A DNA stretch of 64,000 bases, taken from positions 1,902 to 65,901 of the forward strand of contig JAGAUY010000011.1 of assembly GCA_017620525.1 (NCBI GenBank), in the 5' to 3' direction. Shown one piece after another: positions 20,198-29,971 of the stretch. A program made the position numbers and the translations under genes. Within the stretch, counting starts at the first letter, position 1, and every line of letters begins with the position of its first letter. Source of the stretch: Oscillospiraceae bacterium. Lineage in GTDB: Bacteria > Bacillota > Clostridia > Oscillospirales > Oscillospiraceae. The notes beneath the pieces are model-generated. The model was not told the origin of the DNA. It did not search any database and worked only from the letters and a program-made list of their open reading frames with translations.

Positions 20198-20321
20198 TAT
20201 ATTTTTCTGTCACATATTCCACCGGAAGAACTGCATTCGGTTTTTCCATACCTTCCGTTGCCAATACCGCCAAAATATGCTACAATGTAATGGAATATCA
20301 CCTTTACAGGAGGTCCATCCC

Positions 20322-21020
20322 ATGTTACACTACATCCCTGAATTTCTCGGCGCGATGGTCATGATCCTTCTGCTGGACGGTGCTGTGGCTAACTGCACCC
20401 TGAACAAATCCGGCATGAAGGGCGCCGGCTCTCTTCAGATCAGCCTGTCCATCGGTCTTTCCCTGCTGGTCCCCTGCTGCATCTTCGGCACCGATTCCGG
20501 CACCTACTACAACTCCGCCCTGACGCTGGCGCTGTTCATCGACGGTACACTGCCTTTTGATCAGGCTCTGAACTGTATCATTGCCCAGTTCGCCGGCGCA
20601 TTTGTGGGCGCGGTTCTGGTCTACATCTGCTTCAAGGACCAGTTCGATGCCACCGAAGACCCCGGCACCAAGCTGGGAGTTTTCTGCACCGGTCCCAGCA
20701 TCCCCAATGCCCCGCGCAACTTTTTCTGCGAAGCAGTTGCTGCCTTTATTTTTGTCCTGACCGTCAAAGGCATCGGTTCCACCGCCCAGCCCGATACCCA
20801 CAAATTCCTGGTTCCCGCCGTTTATGCCGCTCTCACACTCTGCATGGGTGGCCTCACCGGCTGCGCCATGAATCCCGCCCGGGATTTTGCTCCCCGCTTT
20901 GCCCACGCCTTCCTGCCCATTAAGGGTAAGGGTTCCTCCATCTGGGGCTACGCTCTTGTTCCCGTTCTGGGCCCCGTGATCGGCGCTGTACTTGCGGTCC
21001 TTCTTTGGGGTATCATCTGA
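20322..21020 (+). CDS. MIP family channel (GlpF-like)
   Basis: AQFAGAFVGA, LGVFCTGP, AMNPARDFAPR; the first NPA box reads NSA. Confidence 0.9.
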   Translation: MLHYIPEFLGAMVMILLLDGAVANCTLNKSGMKGAGSLQISLSIGLSLLVPCCIFGTDSGTYYNSALTLALFIDGTLPFDQALNCIIAQFAGAFVGAVLVYICFKDQFDATEDPGTKLGVFCTGPSIPNAPRNFFCEAVAAFIFVLTVKGIGSTAQPDTHKFLVPAVYAALTLCMGGLTGCAMNPARDFAPRFAHAFLPIKGKGSSIWGYALVPVLGPVIGAVLAVLLWGII

Positions 21021-21030
21021 TCATCCAATC

Positions 21031-21067
21031 AAAAAGCACCGGATTTCCATGGAAATCCGGTGCTTTA
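21031..21067. terminator. Bidirectional terminator
   Basis: aaaaagcaccggatttccatggaaatccggtgcttt. Confidence 0.85.
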
Positions 21068-21074
21068 TTGCTCT

Positions 21075-23495
21075 TCAGATCACAAAGAAGCTGCCATCTT
21101 TGCGAACCGTCCGGGATTCCCCGTTGACAGTCGCTCCGGTGATCTGCGTACCGGAATAAACGCGGAACCTGTCGGCAGGAACATCCTGCAGTGTAATCTC
21201 GAGAATGCCATTGCAGATAGCCGCGCGGCACATTCCCTCCACACCGTCGTCAAAGTAAGCCTGCTGCAGGGTATCTGTGAGATTCATCACCAGTTCCAGA
21301 TCCCGGAAATTCTCTTCCCCGATGTGATCCGGCGCCTTGATGAGCATCGGCATCATGGTGTTTTCCCGCAGGAACATGGGGATGACATCGATCCTCCGGG
21401 GGTATTCGATCCACCGGCCTCCTTCCATCCGACCGCCGCTCTCCAGATTGATCCAACTTCCCTCAGGCAGATAAACATGGTGCTTTCTCTGGTCAAACAC
21501 GGGCGCAACCAGCAGTGATCCGCCCAGCATATACTGGCTGGAAATGCTGCGCACATTCAGATCCTCCGGGTATTCCAGCAGCATTGCACGCATCATGGGG
21601 ATGCCTTCGCGTACCGTCTCATAGCCGGTACTGTACAGATAAGGCAGCATACGGTAGCGGAGCTTGTTGATCTTCAGGAAGGCTTTCTGCGCGGTTTCCG
21701 AATAGATCCAGGGTTCTCTGGGCGTTGCCTGACCATGGCTGCGGCTCAGAGGACTCATCAGTCCCATCTGAACGGAGCGGATATAGTCCTCGTCCTCAGG
21801 AATCACACGGGCGCCCGTGTAGTCGCAGTTGTAGAACCCACCGATATCAAATCCCCAGAAGGAAACGCCACTGATACCCATATTCAGTCCGCCTGTCAGG
21901 ATTGCATGCAGATTGTTCTTCGATGCGGAGGAGTCGCCCGCCCAGTTGGCGGGGTAATTCTGGCTGCCGGCATAGCCGCTCCGGCCCCAGAGCAGTGCCT
22001 TCTCCCCCATCTCCGCTTTGGCTTCCCGGGATGCCTCATAGATGGTCTTTGCATACAGCAGAGGATATTTGTTGTGGCTTTCCAGTCCCGTGGTCCCGTC
22101 ATAGAATACCGCGTCTTCAGGAATCTCCTCAGAAAAATCCGTCTTGATCACACCGACACCCATGCGCATCAGGCGCCTGATCCGTTCCTTCATATATGCA
22201 GCCACTGCAGGATTCGTAAAGTCCAGCGCCGCGACAGTCCACTCTCCCACGTCGCCTTCGCCGGGGAAGAACAGATACGGCTCTCCCTGCCGGTTCTTCA
22301 CCAGAAAATCCCGCTGTTTCATGGCAATATACTGGCTGGACATATTGCCGCGGCGATCCACCGCCTGGACATAGGGGAACATCCACAGCGACAGATGGAT
22401 TCCCTTCTCCCGCAACTCCCGGATCATCCCCTCCGGGTCCGGAAAACGTTTTTCGTCGAAGCTCAGCAGTTCACCGCCGCCGTCAGGCATCCAGCTGTCC
22501 AGCACATTGGACTGCCATGCGTCAATGTGAATCACGTCGGCGGACATTCCGAACTGCGCCATCTGATCGACAATCTGTTCCAGCTCCCGGCGGCTCATAT
22601 AGCTCATCCGGGACATCCAGAAGCCGAACGCCCATCTGGGAATCATGGCGGACCGTCCGCTCAGGGCGGTGTAATCCCGGATCAGGTCCTTATAGTCCCG
22701 ATTGCAGAACATATAATAGTCCAGATACGGATCTTCCGTTTCCATCGTATAGGAAACACCGGAGGAAGCACCCATATTGAAATGGGTCCTGGTATAGGTG
22801 TTCATCAGGACCGAGTATCCCGCCGAACTCATGAAATAGGGCATTCCCTTATAGGAGATATCGGAGTTGGTGGACTGGGCATCCCGCTGCCAGACCGTCA
22901 CCTTCTGGGCACGTTTGTTGAAGGAATTAAACTTCTCACCGAAGCCATAAAACGCCTCATCGCAATACATATACATGGTTTCAAAGGCATTGATGACCCT
23001 GCCGCTGTCATCCGTCGAGAATCCCACCGGGACCGCTTTGTATTTCTGATCCACATTGTGGTCCCTGATTTGCTCCATGGTCAGAAGCTCGCCGTCCAGT
23101 TCGACCCGCATTTCCCAGGGGCACTTGCGGAAGATCAGCTTCAGCCGGTCCGTTTTTGCCGTAATAAACAGCTCCTCTTCCTCCACCCGAACGCAGTCCA
23201 CAGGCTTGAAGGAGAACACCTCATTGCACCGTGAGGGAATCTCCATATTGGGAAACATCAAAAACCGGAACGCCGCGGGACTGACAAAACGGATCCGAAC
23301 CAGCGCCTTTGCCCCCCGGAAGGTACGCACTTCAAAATCCGCGCCGTCCGGCGCCGGCTGATATGCCTCAACGCAGTCCAGAAAATCCTTTTGACCTTCA
23401 TGGCTGTAATGGGCATATCCCTTTTCAACAGACAGCGGATCTCCATCCATTTCCGGATGATAGCCCTGCAGCCCCGATGTATCGATTCTGATCAT
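21075..23495 (-). CDS. Glycoside hydrolase family 31 (alpha-xylosidase YicI-like)
   Basis: YGFGEKF, PRWAFGFWMS, KTDFSE nucleophile, WAGD acid/base, DIGGF, SRSHG. Confidence 0.92.
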   Translation of the reverse strand: MIRIDTSGLQGYHPEMDGDPLSVEKGYAHYSHEGQKDFLDCVEAYQPAPDGADFEVRTFRGAKALVRIRFVSPAAFRFLMFPNMEIPSRCNEVFSFKPVDCVRVEEEELFITAKTDRLKLIFRKCPWEMRVELDGELLTMEQIRDHNVDQKYKAVPVGFSTDDSGRVINAFETMYMYCDEAFYGFGEKFNSFNKRAQKVTVWQRDAQSTNSDISYKGMPYFMSSAGYSVLMNTYTRTHFNMGASSGVSYTMETEDPYLDYYMFCNRDYKDLIRDYTALSGRSAMIPRWAFGFWMSRMSYMSRRELEQIVDQMAQFGMSADVIHIDAWQSNVLDSWMPDGGGELLSFDEKRFPDPEGMIRELREKGIHLSLWMFPYVQAVDRRGNMSSQYIAMKQRDFLVKNRQGEPYLFFPGEGDVGEWTVAALDFTNPAVAAYMKERIRRLMRMGVGVIKTDFSEEIPEDAVFYDGTTGLESHNKYPLLYAKTIYEASREAKAEMGEKALLWGRSGYAGSQNYPANWAGDSSASKNNLHAILTGGLNMGISGVSFWGFDIGGFYNCDYTGARVIPEDEDYIRSVQMGLMSPLSRSHGQATPREPWIYSETAQKAFLKINKLRYRMLPYLYSTGYETVREGIPMMRAMLLEYPEDLNVRSISSQYMLGGSLLVAPVFDQRKHHVYLPEGSWINLESGGRMEGGRWIEYPRRIDVIPMFLRENTMMPMLIKAPDHIGEENFRDLELVMNLTDTLQQAYFDDGVEGMCRAAICNGILEITLQDVPADRFRVYSGTQITGATVNGESRTVRKDGSFFVI

Positions 23496-23645
23496 GGCAA
23501 TTGCCTCCTTTTTGATGGGAACATTTCCTGCAAATGATGCGTCAATTATACCATTCGCCCATTCGTTTGGCAATCTTGCCCCATAAAAATACCTGACTTG
23601 AATCCCTTTCAAGTCAGGTATCCGTTAATTCGACACAGCCTCAGA

Positions 23646-24065
23646 TCACTCCGGTATCTGTCCTTCTCTGCCGCTGAGCAGATTGATCAGGGACGCAGCG
23701 GTAACGACAGCTGCCGCACCCATCCCCCAAAGCTTGGTGATATTGCAGCGCATCTGCTCATTGGCGCACACCCCGATCAGGCTGGTAAAAACCAGGAACA
23801 GCACAATACCGGCAACTGCAGTGACCACCATCAGCCCCTTGTACTCCTTCTTCGCCAGCAGCGCCATGACCGCTGCTGCCAGAATGATGACCGCAACGGC
23901 AATGGCTGCCTGACCAGCCCAGTGACACTTCATAGGAACCTGATTACCGGCGGCCAGCTCCAGCATTTTCCCGCATACCGGCGCCCAGATTCTGACTGCC
24001 CCGATCAGGCACAGTGCGCTGAGAGCCTGCAGAATGATCAGGATCCTGTTCATTGTGGTTTTCAT
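23646..24065 (-). CDS. DUF4418-like membrane protein
   Basis: APVC..PMKCHW..IGVC..MRC pattern, ABC operon context. Confidence 0.7.
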   Translation of the reverse strand: MKTTMNRILIILQALSALCLIGAVRIWAPVCGKMLELAAGNQVPMKCHWAGQAAIAVAVIILAAAVMALLAKKEYKGLMVVTAVAGIVLFLVFTSLIGVCANEQMRCNITKLWGMGAAAVVTAASLINLLSGREGQIPE

Positions 24066-24745
24066 GTATGTTTCCTCCCGTATTCGTCAATGTCAGTCAG
24101 GATGCCGTCTTCCAGCCGCATGCGGCGGGTAGCAACAGCGGCCCACCGGCTATTGTGGGTGACCATGATGACCGCAGTCCCCTTTTCCGTCTGTTCTTTC
24201 AGAATCCGGATAACCGCTTCGGACCAGTGTTCATCCAGATCATTGGTAGGTTCGTCCGCCAGAATCAGGCTTGGATGATGAATCAACGCCCGTGCAGCCA
24301 TGGCGCGGCGGCGCTGACCGCCGGACAGCTGATGGGGAAAAAAATCCGCCCGATCTTCCAGTCCGAATTGATACAGCAGCTCGTCCACTTTTCGGGGATC
24401 CTTTTTGCCTCCCACCCCCTGGGTAAAGATCAGGTTCTCCCGGAGGGTCAGCGCCTGTATCATGGTGCTGTCCTGAAACAGAAAGCCGATCTTTTTCGCC
24501 CGGAATTCGGACTTTTCCGCGTCAGAAAATCCGGATACGTCTTTGCCGCCGAAGGTGTAGGTTCCCTCGTCGCTTTGCAGCAGCGTGCCCATGACGTAAA
24601 GCAGTGTGCTTTTGCCGATACCCGAAGGACCTTCTATGGCGATAAAATCACCAGAATTGACGCTCAGACAGACATCCTTCAGGGGTGTTACAATCTCGCC
24701 CATCCGGTAATCCTTATGAATATGTTCCAGCTTGCATATTTCCAT
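24062..24745 (-). CDS. ABC ATP-binding protein (LolD/MacB type)
   Basis: GPSGIGKST, LSGGQRRR, ADEPT. Confidence 0.92.
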   Translation of the reverse strand: MEICKLEHIHKDYRMGEIVTPLKDVCLSVNSGDFIAIEGPSGIGKSTLLYVMGTLLQSDEGTYTFGGKDVSGFSDAEKSEFRAKKIGFLFQDSTMIQALTLRENLIFTQGVGGKKDPRKVDELLYQFGLEDRADFFPHQLSGGQRRRAMAARALIHHPSLILADEPTNDLDEHWSEAVIRILKEQTEKGTAVIMVTHNSRWAAVATRRMRLEDGILTDIDEYGRKHT

Positions 24746-24746
24746 T

Positions 24747-25952
24747 TCAGTTCACCTCTCCTTGTGTGATGGCTGCCTGGGGATCCATGGATGCGCTTTT
24801 CCAGGCAGGATTAACCGCAGCCGCAAATCCCAGCACCCCTGCCAGAGCCACACCCGCGCCACCGCACAGTAGCGCCAGAGTGGTATCCCAGACAGAAGGA
24901 GACAGCTTAAACGCATCTTTCAGCATCTCGATCACGGGGTTCATGGCAAGCAGCGCCAGGGCGCTGCCGAAGAAGCCGCCCATCAGAGCCATGGTGCAGG
25001 TCTCACCGATGATCAGTCCGAAAACCTGGCCTTTTTTCAGACCAATGGCCCGAAGCAGACCAATTTCCTTCTTTCGTTCCTTCGCCAGGGCATTGAACCG
25101 TCCCACCAGAGACAGAATCGCAATCAGCAGCGATGCCAGCCACAGCGCAAACATCACCTGCATGGTCACCTCCAGCTGACTCTGCAGTGATGCGATGGTT
25201 TCACCGGTCAGAAGACATTTTGCTTCCATGCCGGACTCCTCCACCTGCTGCACAAAGGCTTCCGGATCCACGCCATCTGCGAATTTGATCATAATAACGG
25301 ATATGTAATCGTGGGGATCCCGCCTGGTCCAGCTCTGGCTCAGCACCTCGGATTCCAGACACATATCCTGCGCCGTGTTCAGATCCATGAAAAAGGTGCT
25401 GTCCATACCGCTGCCGGTGGGCTGGAGCATACTGACAACCTGAAACACCCGCCCCAGAATCATGTAATTGTACCCCACCAGATCGTCATCCTCAAAATTG
25501 CTGCCGACGATCAGCTGTCCCCCATCTATGCCATTCTGGCTTCCTTCGTCCAGGTATGGCTTCAGCAGAAAGTCCGTTTCCGAATCGTAACCGATGATAC
25601 GGACAGCCTCGCCGGGTTCGCAGCAACCCAGTTCCAGGGTCTGGCAGTAAAACTGGGGCGTCATGGCCGCCACACCCTCCAGCAGTTTTGCCTGCTCCAC
25701 CGTTTCCACAGGCATATAAATGTTCTCAGGCATGGCGGTAAAGAGCAGGTCGTCACCCTTGGCTGCAGAGTATTTGGGAATCAACACCGCATCCGCGCCC
25801 AAACGCTCCCGGCTCAGGGCAAGACCCTGATTCACCGTCTGGAAAATGCCCAGCACCATGACAAAAACCAGCACCGTCAGCATGGTGATGGTCACCGTCA
25901 GTGTCGACTGGGTTCTCCGCCGGGAAATATTCTTCCAAATCAACATCAGCAT
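24747..25952 (-). CDS. ABC permease (FtsX/MacB type)
   Basis: RLGAD, ERKKEIGLLRAIG, SMDP. Confidence 0.9.
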   Translation of the reverse strand: MLMLIWKNISRRRTQSTLTVTITMLTVLVFVMVLGIFQTVNQGLALSRERLGADAVLIPKYSAAKGDDLLFTAMPENIYMPVETVEQAKLLEGVAAMTPQFYCQTLELGCCEPGEAVRIIGYDSETDFLLKPYLDEGSQNGIDGGQLIVGSNFEDDDLVGYNYMILGRVFQVVSMLQPTGSGMDSTFFMDLNTAQDMCLESEVLSQSWTRRDPHDYISVIMIKFADGVDPEAFVQQVEESGMEAKCLLTGETIASLQSQLEVTMQVMFALWLASLLIAILSLVGRFNALAKERKKEIGLLRAIGLKKGQVFGLIIGETCTMALMGGFFGSALALLAMNPVIEMLKDAFKLSPSVWDTTLALLCGGAGVALAGVLGFAAAVNPAWKSASMDPQAAITQGEVN

Positions 25953-25970
25953 TTTCGTTCCTCTTTTCTG

Positions 25971-26669
25971 TTACTCCCCGCAGGGATTTTCCATCACGTC
26001 CATCTGAACCATCTGATGGATCTCTTCTTTCGGAATCTTCTTCACATCCTCCGCCGTAATGGCCGGGTCCTCCCGAAGCAGCTGCTGCCAGGCCAGATAC
26101 CGTGGAATACACAATCCCGCCGCCTGCGCCGCCCGTACCGTTTCCCAGTCCACCTGGTAGTATATCACATTTTCTTCCTCGGCGATGTTGTAAGCCCGGC
26201 AAAGAACTTTGCTCAGCATTTCCTCACCATGGGCATCATTTCCTCCCACCACTGTAATGGTGATCGTACTGCCCCGCTCCAGATACGGTTCCAGACCGTG
26301 GCTGAGCAGGATCCGCTGCATGGCATCATCGTAAGACATTCCCGCAACGTCCAGTTCCTCCGCCAGCGCCATCCCGTCGGAATTTCTGCCTTTCAGCGAG
26401 ATTACCCGGTCCAGAGCATTGACCTTCAGCTCAACGGAGGGATTAACATCCATCCCGATGCTCGTAGTCGGGAAAAACCAAATTCCCGCACCTGTAAGCA
26501 CAGCTGAAAGCATCAGCACACCTGCGGCAATCCGGCTGCGGAATCTTCGGATCCGGAGCAAGTTGCGCCCATAGTCGAAGGTCTTTTTCCGCAAATAAGC
26601 CTTTGCTTTCCGTTTCAGCCTCTCCGGTGTCTGAATTCCATCAAAAGCCTTTCTGATTCGCTCATCCAT
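25971..26669 (-). CDS. Anti-sigma factor with RsgI-like extracytoplasmic domain
   Basis: Single TM followed by SIGMDVNPSVELKVN; overlaps the sigma factor gene. Confidence 0.72.
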   Translation of the reverse strand: MDERIRKAFDGIQTPERLKRKAKAYLRKKTFDYGRNLLRIRRFRSRIAAGVLMLSAVLTGAGIWFFPTTSIGMDVNPSVELKVNALDRVISLKGRNSDGMALAEELDVAGMSYDDAMQRILLSHGLEPYLERGSTITITVVGGNDAHGEEMLSKVLCRAYNIAEEENVIYYQVDWETVRAAQAAGLCIPRYLAWQQLLREDPAITAEDVKKIPKEEIHQMVQMDVMENPCGE

Positions 26670-27144
26670 CCATAACACCTCCAAGAATTTCCCTCAGCAG
26701 CTGCGTCCCCTTGTACAGATGGGTGTAAACGGTATTGGGGTTCCGCTTCAGGATCCCCGCAATCTCCGGTGCGGAATAACCTTCATAATAATGCAGGTAA
26801 ATTACATCCCGGTATTGCTTCGGCAGCGACCAGACCGCTTCCATCACCACATACTGCTCCACAGTCACCTCCGGAGCATAAACCGTCAGTTCCTCCATAG
26901 CAATGGTACGGCTTCGGAAAAAACTTTTCAGCAGATCCTTGCAGGCATTGATCGTGACCCGAATGAGCCATGCCTTTTCATGCTCCTCGTTTTCAAAAGC
27001 TTTTCTATAGAGAGCATATTTGAGAAATACCGTCTGAAATATGTCTTCCGCATCCGCCCCGTTTTTCAGGTAAACCATGCACAGCCTCAGAATCATATCC
27101 GAATACCGCTCCATGGCCTCATTCACTTCCTGTTCGCTGCGCAC
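26662..27144 (-). CDS. ECF sigma-70 factor
   Basis: DAEDIFQTVF, KAWLIRVTIN, LHYYEGYSAPEIA; probable GTG start. Confidence 0.92.
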   Translation of the reverse strand: MRSEQEVNEAMERYSDMILRLCMVYLKNGADAEDIFQTVFLKYALYRKAFENEEHEKAWLIRVTINACKDLLKSFFRSRTIAMEELTVYAPEVTVEQYVVMEAVWSLPKQYRDVIYLHYYEGYSAPEIAGILKRNPNTVYTHLYKGTQLLREILGGVMDG

Positions 27145-27370
27145 AGACTCACCCCGCTTTCCCGAAATCACTGTCTTATATTATATACGACCGAAAACAG
27201 CAAATCCATTTCATCAATCCCTTTATTTCAGCTTATTATTGGCTATATTGCGATCTGAATAACAACCCAGTCATCACCCACTGCCGCAACATTCCCACAT
27301 ACAGAGCGCACAAAAGCAAAAGTTGGAATCATCCCATTTCCAGGCACAATTCCAACTTTTCTCACGATAT

Positions 27371-27412
27371 AAAAAGAAGAACCTGATTTGACTTTGTATC
27401 AAATCAGGTTCT
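27371..27412 (-). terminator. Terminator downstream of the tRNA 3' fragment
   Basis: agaacctgatttga...tcaaatcaggttct followed by a U-rich tail on the minus strand. Confidence 0.75.
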
Positions 27413-27417
27413 GTTTC

Positions 27418-27462
27418 TGGTTGCGGAGGCAGGACTCGAACCTACGACCTCCGGGTTATGAG
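27418..27462 (-). mobile_element. att site: 3' half of tRNA-fMet(CAT), from the anticodon loop to CCA
   Basis: Minus strand CTCATAACCCGGAGGTCGTAGGTTCGAGTCCTGCCTCCGCAACCA; the upstream sequence has no D-arm or 5' acceptor strand. Confidence 0.85.
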
Positions 27463-27754
27463 GATTTCGGCATCCTTCGCGAGTAGCTAAAAAGTGCGTG
27501 AGTAACTGTAAAAGGCACAAAATCTTAGAACTAATTTGGCGAGAAAAATCGAGTAATATCGAGTGCCAGCAAAGTGCGTGAACTCAATAAACCCCAAATA
27601 AACCCCAAAGCATATTTCCAAAAAGTTCGGTCTTTTTTTCGCCTAACTTTTTTCAGAAAAACTATACGACCTCTGGGTTACTCCAAATCGGGAAATTATA
27701 CATTTGCCTATTCGGTAATTGACAGATAAAATGGAAGAAAAAGGAGTGATGACC

Positions 27755-27925
27755 ATGTTCAACAAAAAGCGTTACCTGTATCTGAATGATGAGGATTTCA
27801 GCATTTTGGTTCAGGCACTCGTCCAGTTTCGAAACTCCCTGATTGCCCAAAGCCGGTACACTGACTGCGTAGATGAACTGATCATCAAGATCCTGGATTC
27901 TCCCATCAAGAAAATGGGTGCATAA
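27755..27925 (+). CDS. Small hypothetical protein at the ICE leading end
   Basis: AAGGAG RBS; TTGCCT-17-TAAAAT promoter at 27704-27732; hairpin and T-tract downstream. Confidence 0.65.
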   Translation: MFNKKRYLYLNDEDFSILVQALVQFRNSLIAQSRYTDCVDELIIKILDSPIKKMGA

Positions 27926-28038
27926 CAAATCGTTACATAGGCCGCTTATTCTACAAGGAATAGGCGGCTTTTTTATTCCCATACATAGCCGTCAATTTCA
28001 CCGTGGGCGGCTAAATCTATGAAAGGAGGAAATCAGCT

Positions 28039-28860
28039 ATGGCGAAAGCAAAGGTGATTGCCGTTGCGAACCAGAAAGGCGGTGTCGGAAAAAGCACCAC
28101 GGTGTTCAATCTCGGCGCTGGACTGGCGATGGATGGCAAGAAGGTATTGCTGGTAGATGTTGACCCTCAGGGTGATCTTACCAAGATGTTGGGGCAGCGA
28201 AAGCCCCATGACCTGCCCCTGACCCTGGGCAATGTCATGAATGATGTTGTCGGCGGTTCCATCGATCAGGCCCACCCGGAGGTCATGCACCACCATGAGG
28301 GCTTCGACTTTGTTCCTGGCAACCGTACCCTGTCCGCCGTAGAGGTTGGATTGGTGAATGTTATGAGCCGGGAAACCGTACTCAGACAGTACATCGACAG
28401 CATCAAAGGCAACTATGACTATGTGCTGCTAGATTGCCGTCCCTCTCTGGGTATGCTGGTCATCAATGCGCTGTCAGCTTCGGACTATGTTCTGATCCCC
28501 GTACAGGCCGACTATCTGGCTGCGGAGGATATGACGGAACTGATCGGCACGGTGCAGAGCATCAAGCGGCAGATCAATCCCCGGCTGAAGGTAGGCGGCG
28601 TGTTTCTGACCATGGCGAATGACACCAATTTCCGTAAGGATGTTGTCGCCGCCGTCCGGGAGAACTGTGGCAAGAGTCTGCCTGTTTTCCAGACCGTCAT
28701 TCCGGCCACGGTACGGCTTGCAGAGGTCAGCACAGCAGACAAGAGCATCTTCAAGCATGAACCAAGGGGCAAGGCGGCAGCAGCTTACCGCAATCTTGTA
28801 CGGGAGGTGACGGACATTGGCACAAAACAGCGCCAGAAATCTGCTGACATCAGTAGATAA
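28039..28860 (+). CDS. parA: ParA/Soj family ATPase
   Basis: [25 protein letters not shown]. Confidence 0.93.
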   Translation: MAKAKVIAVANQKGGVGKSTTVFNLGAGLAMDGKKVLLVDVDPQGDLTKMLGQRKPHDLPLTLGNVMNDVVGGSIDQAHPEVMHHHEGFDFVPGNRTLSAVEVGLVNVMSRETVLRQYIDSIKGNYDYVLLDCRPSLGMLVINALSASDYVLIPVQADYLAAEDMTELIGTVQSIKRQINPRLKVGGVFLTMANDTNFRKDVVAAVRENCGKSLPVFQTVIPATVRLAEVSTADKSIFKHEPRGKAAAAYRNLVREVTDIGTKQRQKSADISR

Positions 28861-29770
28861 CCTGTTCACCACCCAAGCAGAACGGGACGAGGCTCAATGT
28901 GAACGGGTCATCACCATCCCCACGGAGCAGATCAGCAGCTTCCCCGGTCATCCATTTCATGTCCACATAGACGATAAAATGTGGGAAATGGTGGACAGTG
29001 TAAAGCAGCACGGCATTCTTGTTCCCACACTTGTCAGGCCGAAACCGGATGGCGGCTATCAGATGGTGGCAGGCCACAGGCGAAAACTGGCAAGTGAACT
29101 GGCAGGCGTTCCGTTACCCTGTATCGTCCGGGACTTGACCGACGACGAAGCGACCATTATCATGGTTGACTCCAACTTGCAGCGTGAAAACATCCTGCCT
29201 TCGGAGAAAGCATTTGCTTATAAGATGAAGCTGGATGCCATGAAGCGGCAAGGAAAACGCACGGATTTAACTTCCGACCCACTGGGTTGGAAGTATGATG
29301 GGGTGGAATCTGCAAGCGTTGTAGGCAAGGATGGCGGCGATAGTCAGACTCAAGTACGTCGGTATATCCGTCTGACCTATCTTCTGCCTGAACTTCTGGA
29401 AATGGTGGACAACTCTGTACTGAAAGATAAGGAAATGAAGCAGATCGCCATGCGGCCTGCGGTGGAACTGTCCTATCTGTCCGAAAGTGAACAACGCACA
29501 TTGGTTGAAACAATGGAGTGCGAGGATTGTACCCCCTCCCATGCCCAGGCTATCAAAATGCGTGAGTTTTCCAAGGCCGGGAAGCTGACCCCAGAAGTCA
29601 TCCTGTCCATCATGCAGGAGGAAAAGCCTAATCAAAAGGAACAGTTCAGAATACCCAAAGAGCGTATCAGCAAGTATTTTGCGCCGGGGACGCCCGCACA
29701 GAAAATGGAGGACACTATCGTGAAAGCTCTGGAACTCTACCGAAAGCGCCAGCGTGAACAGGCAAGGTAG
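28817..29770 (+). CDS. parB: ParB family partition protein
   Basis: [26 protein letters not shown]. Confidence 0.9.
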   Translation: MAQNSARNLLTSVDNLFTTQAERDEAQCERVITIPTEQISSFPGHPFHVHIDDKMWEMVDSVKQHGILVPTLVRPKPDGGYQMVAGHRRKLASELAGVPLPCIVRDLTDDEATIIMVDSNLQRENILPSEKAFAYKMKLDAMKRQGKRTDLTSDPLGWKYDGVESASVVGKDGGDSQTQVRRYIRLTYLLPELLEMVDNSVLKDKEMKQIAMRPAVELSYLSESEQRTLVETMECEDCTPSHAQAIKMREFSKAGKLTPEVILSIMQEEKPNQKEQFRIPKERISKYFAPGTPAQKMEDTIVKALELYRKRQREQAR

Positions 29771-29971
29771 CATCTCACTACCAAGGGGATAGTCTGCCCA
29801 TTTGACTGGGTAGGGAATCCTCGCTCCCCCTCTCCACACCTCACCCCCTCAGTTACTGCCTGAACTACCTGAAAAGAAGATACTCTCATACCCGCAAATT
29901 CAAATCATCCACCCATGCAGACGTATCCAAAACGGTGCGTCTCTTTTTTATGTCCAAAGGAGGATTAAGAA

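Noticed and set aside
27418-27495. Intact tRNA-Met gene
   Set aside because: The 5' half (acceptor strand and D-arm) is absent; treated as an att fragment
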